This document shows positions 58,306 to 64,000 of a DNA stretch of 64,000 nt, one piece after another; position 1 is the stretch's first letter, and the number at the start of each line of letters is the position of its first letter. The stretch is taken from positions 352,001 to 416,000 of the forward strand of contig CAXXKM010000002.1 in the NCBI GenBank assembly GCA_963664435.2. The letters run 5' to 3'. Under the pieces are notes generated by a model that saw nothing but the letters and a program-made list of their open reading frames with translations, searched no databases and had not been told where the DNA came from. The stretch is from Longimicrobiales bacterium (GTDB taxonomy: Bacteria; Gemmatimonadota; Gemmatimonadetes; Longimicrobiales; Gaopeijiaceae). Made by a program: the position numbers and the translations under genes.

Positions 58306-58643
58306 GCCACGGTGGAGGTGATCGCGGCAAGGAATCACGTAAGTTCAATCAGGGCTGCACGATCTGCCATTCTTGCCGCTGGTCTGTATCTGGTTTGTCC
58401 GCGCTCAAACGGCGGCAAAACCGTCTCAAATGCCGGGAAGCTGCGGGAGTGGCCAATGAAATCCTTGGGGCTGTCCTGAATGGTCACCTATTCGGGAGAC
58501 GGCGGGGTCGCCTGCTCGACACACCGCTTTCGGCGGGGGACTTGCGTGGCGATCTCGCAAACCCGCTTCCACCGCCCCGTAGCCCTACACCTATCGTTCA
58601 CACGGCTTCCAAGACTTCCCGAGATCCATCCACCCTCCTGAAG

Positions 58644-59183
58644 TCAGGTATGCAGCTTGGCCGTCATCGTCTCGACCTGCCAGCCGTCGTCATTCTCACG
58701 CAGGTGCATCTCGTACAGGACGCCGCCCCACCCGTACTCGGGGTGCATGTAGCCGATCCCGACGGAGACCCTGTAGCGTCCGCCGGCTTCCATGTGCAGC
58801 CCGCGGATGGACAGGATGTATTCCCCGTCGCGGATGGACATGCTGTTGTCGCCAGCGACGAAGCGCGCGTAATCGCGTCCGTCGATCCGCACCGGCTCGC
58901 CAGCGTAGTTCCCGCCGAAGATCCGGCTCGCGTCGATCCGAACCCTCGTGTGCCGGGCAACTCCCGTGAACTCGCCGTTCTCCATGACGTGCTTGAGGGC
59001 GGCGTTTACGAGCGGATAGCGCACATCATCGGCCAAGCGCACCGCAGCGCCTTGGCGCTCCAGCGGGATGGTGGTGGGCATCGTGTCTGGCTCCTCCTGC
59101 GGAAGCGGCGTCATGCTCTCTCCGAAGTTATCGCCGCAGGAGAGCGCGAGGAGGGCAAGCGCCAGAGTCAGCGTGCGTTTCAT
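58644..59183 (-). CDS. Hypothetical lipoprotein
   Basis: AGGAG RBS; lipobox LALSC; 17 nt downstream of the HExxH gene. Confidence 0.85.
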   Translation of the reverse strand: MKRTLTLALALLALSCGDNFGESMTPLPQEEPDTMPTTIPLERQGAAVRLADDVRYPLVNAALKHVMENGEFTGVARHTRVRIDASRIFGGNYAGEPVRIDGRDYARFVAGDNSMSIRDGEYILSIRGLHMEAGGRYRVSVGIGYMHPEYGWGGVLYEMHLRENDDGWQVETMTAKLHT

Positions 59184-59200
59184 GGTTTTCTCCTATTCTC

Positions 59201-59737
59201 CTAGTAGTCGAAGCAGATGTCGCCCGCGTTGTACGAGTTCAGCGCGCCGCTGTTGTGATGCACGCCGACATGGTGTGCCGACTCATGGGCGAGCGAGCCC
59301 GGTCTGCCGTTCAGGCCCCACCGGCCCCTGTTGAAGCCGTAGTGGGGCCACGAGTGGTCGTTGACGTGGAAGCCGTTCGAGGGATTGTTGGCGTCGTTGT
59401 ATTCGCGAGCCGAGCCGGACGCGATCAACGTCCGCAAATTGCCGTGCAGCTGGTCGTACATGTCGTTGCACATGCTCCAATGAGGAGAATTCGAACTGAG
59501 ATCGTGGGAAAGGCTCATGCCATCGAGGACGGGCAGGATCTCGTTGATGAAGCTGGTCGACATCGGGACGGTAACCACCCAGCCGCTTTCGGTCTCGACA
59601 CACATCTCCTCGGGGCTCGTCGTGTAACACTCCTGCGTTTGGGTGACGGGGAGAACGAATCCCCCAAGCTCGATGATGAGGGATCCTACGAGGAGCAGCA
59701 CCAGAAAGGCGCTGACCCTGCGTTCGTTGGGTGTCAT
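59201..59737 (-). CDS. Small exported protein with zincin-like HExxH motif
   Basis: N-terminal hydrophobic segment; LAHESAHHVG near the C terminus. Confidence 0.75.
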   Translation of the reverse strand: MTPNERRVSAFLVLLLVGSLIIELGGFVLPVTQTQECYTTSPEEMCVETESGWVVTVPMSTSFINEILPVLDGMSLSHDLSSNSPHWSMCNDMYDQLHGNLRTLIASGSAREYNDANNPSNGFHVNDHSWPHYGFNRGRWGLNGRPGSLAHESAHHVGVHHNSGALNSYNAGDICFDY

Positions 59738-60125
59738 GGATTCGGTTTCCGATCTCCGGATTGTGAGGGATGCGATACGGTCGGACGGCGACTAAAAGTT
59801 AGCTGACAAGCCAAGGCCTACGCTACACCACGGGAAGTACGTCGGCTGTCGGCAATCCCATGGAAAGGAAGACGACTACCCCCCGACCGGACTCCGCCGA
59901 ACGAGAGAGCCGTTTGGGATACCGGGGTCACCGCCGGACAACGCGGGCCTTCCGTGCCGACTGGGTCGGCTGCTCGCTCCCGCACCGTGATGGCTCACTT
60001 CGCGCGCTTCCGAGAGGTCGGCGATCCCCAGGGTTCGTGAACATCACGCGTACCCCAAAGCTCTCACGGGGTCACAGGCTCCCGTCCACCATCCGGGACG
60101 CAACGGCGCTGGCTGACGGGGATTT

Positions 60126-60161
60126 CCCCCCATAGTGACGGGATTCTCCCGCTATGGGGGG
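60126..60161. promoter_or_regulatory. Stem-loop in a divergent intergenic region
   Basis: CCCCCCATAG-TGA-CGGGA-TTC-TCCCG-CTATGGGGGG. Confidence 0.5.
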
Positions 60162-60265
60162 CTGCCCGTCTTGTCGATAATGAATGTGCGGGGAGGACTG
60201 CCAAGGCTGTCAGCGGTCCGAGGGACGCGAGTGAACCGTTGAGAACTCAGAAGAAAGAGAGTACC

Positions 60266-62014
60266 ATGAGCAAGCTTGGAACGAACGTTCTTGCAGTAGG
60301 AGGCGTGCTGCTTGCCACAGCCTGCACCGACGATCCGTTGGGCGTCGATCCATCCCCCTTGCCCGGTGATCCCACGACGATCGAGAGGTTCCCCGCTGTG
60401 GTCCGTGCCGGGTCCGATGCTCTTGTCACCGAGATCGTCGACCCGTTCCGACCGCGACTCGCCATCGAGATCGTTGCCGTCGGAGCGGTTCTCCCCGACC
60501 TGCCGGTCACGCTCCGGCTCGAAGGGCGCGCCATTGAGGATATCTCCGGCGGTGAGGTGACGGTCACGCTCCCGACCCAAGCGGCTATGGCTCATTCCGG
60601 ATCGGGCAAGCGTCTCTCCTATCCGCCGAACGCCAAGCTCCCGGTCGTTGCCCGTTGGACGCTGCCCGCGATGACCGCAGACGATGTCTGGATAAAGGAG
60701 CTCGCTGTCGGGACGGTCGAGGCGGGCACCTACCATGTTGCGGTGCAGGCGGACACACGCGGCCCGAGGAACAGTCCCTACATCCTCGACGATGTCTACC
60801 GCAAGGCGTGGATGTTCGTCATCGAGGGTGGCGGTACGCTTTGGGGTACACTCGATGCGTTGGCGTTCCCAAGCCGCACCGCCCCGGTGCCCGGCCCGTT
60901 CCGGCCGAAGGCGCCATACCGAGCGAACCAGACCGGCCAAGCGACCGCATCTGGAGCGCTGACCGCCAGCTACGGATCCTCGGTTCAGGTCAAGGTCCTG
61001 TACAACGAGCGCGGCCTGCATCTGCGACCTGCCGTCGGCGCGACCATCTGGGCCAACACCGCGAGCGTAGAGGATCCGGACTACATCACGGGGGCGACGC
61101 AGAGCTACACGGTGCCGACAAGCGGCATCGTACGCTTCAGGTGCCCCGCGGAGGGCTACTATTTGGCAGGCGGCGGGAATCTGCCGGCAACGTCCGAGGT
61201 GGGAAGCGGCTCGTTCCTCGGGTACTGGGAGGCGACTGCCGACGATTGCAACACCTCCATGCAGGTCGTCGGCACCGATCACACCTACATGCCGTGGTCG
61301 AACCTGAAGGAGGCGATCCCGCGGATCGACTCGGGGTTCGGCGGCTATTTCAAGGCACGGCAAAGCTGGGGGACCGACATGGGGCACGGCGGCCGCTCTT
61401 ACTACCTGCAAACGTCCGACCGCATCGTTTTCGGCCCGTATTCCTTTTGGAACAAGTTCACGGCCGCCCACGAGTACGGACACGCCTTGCACCACAAGGC
61501 GCTCGGTGGACTGTGGGACACCGAATACGCTTGCCGCACGCACGAACTTTGGGAGGAGTCGGGCTACCGTTGCGCGTTCCAAGAGGGCCTCGCCGACTAC
61601 GCCGGGAAGATCGGGTCGCGCGACCCGCACCCGTCCTACAACTTCGAGTCTCCGCCAACGGACGGATCGGACCGGGAGCCACTGACCGAGGGCTACGTCG
61701 CGGCGTTGTTCTGGGACCTGATCGACTCGGTGAGCGATGGCGACGACGACACGAACTACTCGGCCTACTACGTGATGACCGTATTCCGGACTTGCAAGGT
61801 GCAGCGCAGGAACGAGTTCGGCATCGTCCGAACCCACGACCGCGAGAACGTCTCCGATTTCGTATGGTGCCTTGAGAACCGCGTCAACAGTACGGTCCAC
61901 AACCGCGAGTTTCGCGGCATCCGCGCGCCAGAGAGTGCGGGCGAGGGCGCGACGGAGCCACGGGGCTGGAACGCCAACGACATCCGGGACACCTGGCTAC
62001 AGAACATCGGATGA
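60266..62014 (+). CDS. Lipoprotein with gluzincin-like metalloprotease domain
   Basis: Lipobox LATAC; AAHEYGHALH plus downstream AFQEGLADY; EGYVAALFWDL. Confidence 0.85.
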   Translation: MSKLGTNVLAVGGVLLATACTDDPLGVDPSPLPGDPTTIERFPAVVRAGSDALVTEIVDPFRPRLAIEIVAVGAVLPDLPVTLRLEGRAIEDISGGEVTVTLPTQAAMAHSGSGKRLSYPPNAKLPVVARWTLPAMTADDVWIKELAVGTVEAGTYHVAVQADTRGPRNSPYILDDVYRKAWMFVIEGGGTLWGTLDALAFPSRTAPVPGPFRPKAPYRANQTGQATASGALTASYGSSVQVKVLYNERGLHLRPAVGATIWANTASVEDPDYITGATQSYTVPTSGIVRFRCPAEGYYLAGGGNLPATSEVGSGSFLGYWEATADDCNTSMQVVGTDHTYMPWSNLKEAIPRIDSGFGGYFKARQSWGTDMGHGGRSYYLQTSDRIVFGPYSFWNKFTAAHEYGHALHHKALGGLWDTEYACRTHELWEESGYRCAFQEGLADYAGKIGSRDPHPSYNFESPPTDGSDREPLTEGYVAALFWDLIDSVSDGDDDTNYSAYYVMTVFRTCKVQRRNEFGIVRTHDRENVSDFVWCLENRVNSTVHNREFRGIRAPESAGEGATEPRGWNANDIRDTWLQNIG

Positions 62015-62604
62015 GGAGCGCGGCAGCCAGAAGGGGAGTGGTGCGGGCAACGGCGGTCGCGCTGCTCGCGCTCGTGGCGTGTGCCGACGTAACCGAGGAA
62101 TCCGGCGGCGCGTGTCTCGAGGTCACGGTGCCACTCGGTGTCAGGACCATCTCCTTTGAAGGGGACAGGCTTACGCTCCGCAACTCGATCATCGACCCAG
62201 TCGGCCTCGCCGGTCTAGAGGTGGCGGTGCGATGGGACGCGGACACGGTGACGCTCGGGTCGAATCACCTGCCGTCGGGCTGCTTCGCCGTGCCCGAGTC
62301 CGGTCTCGTCTTCGTGGACGTGACACTCTCGCAGACGGGCGAACTGGTGTCGCAGGGCACTGCGTCCTGGGGGCTGCTACCGAACAGCGAGTGGGAGGTC
62401 GCGGTCGACCGCGCGCCCTCAGCGATGGACGCCGGGATCGACCCACGCTGGCCGGACGAGCCGAACCCCAAGGCGTGCTCGTGGTTCTGGTGCCACGGCG
62501 TTTGGGAATTCAAGATCCGCCCGGACGCCCGCCACTACGAGGAAGAGGCGCTCTGGCTGACGATCTGGCGCGTGGTTCCCGGCGAATGCGCGGATGTCTG
62601 CTAG
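62011..62604 (+). CDS. Hypothetical Cys-rich lipoprotein
   Basis: Lipobox LVAC; ATGA overlap with the upstream protease gene. Confidence 0.8.
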   Translation: MRSAAARRGVVRATAVALLALVACADVTEESGGACLEVTVPLGVRTISFEGDRLTLRNSIIDPVGLAGLEVAVRWDADTVTLGSNHLPSGCFAVPESGLVFVDVTLSQTGELVSQGTASWGLLPNSEWEVAVDRAPSAMDAGIDPRWPDEPNPKACSWFWCHGVWEFKIRPDARHYEEEALWLTIWRVVPGECADVC

Positions 62605-62857
62605 TCCGGCCGGCCCCCTCAAAGCCTCGGCTCTGGACATCGGCCCCATGGACCCCTACGGGGTGGTGTCGAGGGCCACACACAAGCCCGAATGAGAAGG
62701 AGACGTGACCCTTACACGGATCAACAGCCCGCTGCCCTGCTCGCCGTGTCCGCCCGGTGAACCGTTCGCTGGCTAACCTCGGCCAACCGCGGGCGGCACC
62801 CCACCATTTGGCGACACGATCGGAGCGCCCGTATCTTGCGCGAAGGAGAGAACGACC

Positions 62858-64000
62858 ATGAGAACACGAACGAACGTGGGGCTTGCGGCGGCGCTCGCGC
62901 TGCTTGCGGCCTGCGGCCAGGATGCCACCATGCCCCCATTGGGCGATGCCGGGCCGCCCGTCGCCGGAGACATGGCCACCGATTCGGCGTCCGCCGATTC
63001 GGTCGCGGCGCACACCCGGGCAGGCACGCTTGAGGCGCTCTCCGACAGCGTGACGGTGCGGAGCGACAGCATCTTCAAGGACACTACGGTCATTGGCTAC
63101 GTCGTGGAATGGGAGGGGGAGGACGGGACGAGCGGTTCCGGGGACGTTGGTCCGGGAGACTGCTACGTCATCCTCACCATCGAAAAAAGGGAGGGCGTGT
63201 GGGTGGTGGTGGGCAAGCGGATCGTCTACTGCGTCCCCGAGGACCCCGACGATCCAGACGGCGGCGGTGGCGGCACGGAGAGCGACACGCTGACGGTCAA
63301 ACTGGAATGCGAGCCCGACGGAGGCGTTGAACGGGGGACCGACGTCACCTGCACCCTGTCCGCCGACGAGTCGTCGGCCATCTTCTCCGGCCTCCAGTGG
63401 TCATTCCCGGAGACCGGGGCCACGCAATCGGGCGGAACGTCGTGGGGGGGCAGGGCGGTGCTGTCGGGGACCATGCAGGTGACGGGTCTGGTGAACGGGA
63501 CGGCCTTCGAGCCCGCGAAGGCGGTCATCGCCGTGAATGGCCGGGGGTGGAGCTGGCAGAGTGACATGAACGTGCGCTGGGCCGACATCGAGTGCGCCGG
63601 CGTTAGCGCTAGTTGGAAGCCCGCCGGCACGAGATGGGGCGCCGCGATGCCCGACCTGTGCGGCGACGACTTCTTCAACCGCGGGGACGACAGCTTCGCG
63701 GTGGACTCGGCAACGGGGCCGTGGGAAGGCCGATTCTACGTGTCGGCCGTGAACGCGCCCGTGGCCGTCTCCGCCCAGCTCGCGCCGGTCCTGACGAGTG
63801 GCGGGCCGAAGCATCCGCTGGCGGGGGAACCCGATCTGGTGGAGGCCTGCGGATCGGGCGTCACCAAGGCCAACGAGCACTACGTGAACACGAAGTGCCT
63901 GGACATATCGGGGTACAAGCGGATGGTGACGGTCGTCGAGCAGCACGAACAGGGTCACCTGAACGACTTCGCCAAGGTGGTCGGGGAACACGACATCTAC
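62858..64000 (+). CDS. Lipoprotein with HExxH motif (runs off window edge)
   Basis: Translated by hand: AAGGAG RBS, MRTRTNVGLAAALALLAAC lipobox, D/G-rich linker, VVEQHEQGHLND near the window end; no stop before 64000. Confidence 0.85.
   Translation, partial: MRTRTNVGLAAALALLAACGQDATMPPLGDAGPPVAGDMATDSASADSVAAHTRAGTLEALSDSVTVRSDSIFKDTTVIGYVVEWEGEDGTSGSGDVGPGDCYVILTIEKREGVWVVVGKRIVYCVPEDPDDPDGGGGGTESDTLTVKLECEPDGGVERGTDVTCTLSADESSAIFSGLQWSFPETGATQSGGTSWGGRAVLSGTMQVTGLVNGTAFEPAKAVIAVNGRGWSWQSDMNVRWADIECAGVSASWKPAGTRWGAAMPDLCGDDFFNRGDDSFAVDSATGPWEGRFYVSAVNAPVAVSAQLAPVLTSGGPKHPLAGEPDLVEACGSGVTKANEHYVNTKCLDISGYKRMVTVVEQHEQGHLNDFAKVVGEHDIY

Overview
High-GC bacterial chromosomal window. The gene repertoire (GWxTD protein, SusC/SusD pair, DUF5916-like protein, BlaI with M56-TonB, many S9/M28 peptidases and lipoproteins) suggests Gemmatimonadota, which is inference only. 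Housekeeping and catabolic blocks (cyoE, serA, typA, ggt, DEAD-box helicases, aminotransferases, infA, tRNA-Asn) alternate with three accessory regions. (1) About 15.2-24.6 kb is a mosaic island. It holds a DUF1828-like cassette flanked by a 40-bp duplication of the neighbouring dehydrogenase 5' end, gene remnants, a ComEC-like MBL/DUF3006 pair and a tightly coupled four-gene membrane operon: polytopic coiled-coil protein, vWA/MIDAS protein, MotA/ExbB/ZorA-like subunit with a long tail, and a MotB/ZorB-like single-TM partner lacking OmpA. This operon is the best candidate for an undescribed Zorya-like ion-motor system. (2) About 38.0-41.5 kb has two paralogous secreted twin-Cx10C peptides with a beta-propeller and an ABC exporter, next to a heme-c-fused PHM-like copper monooxygenase operon. 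(3) About 58.2-64 kb is an array of HExxH secreted proteins, at least two paired with a small lipoprotein. Two single-base homopolymer frameshifts (19710-19712 and 55874-55876) may be assembly errors. All family calls come from motif recognition by eye; no searches were run.
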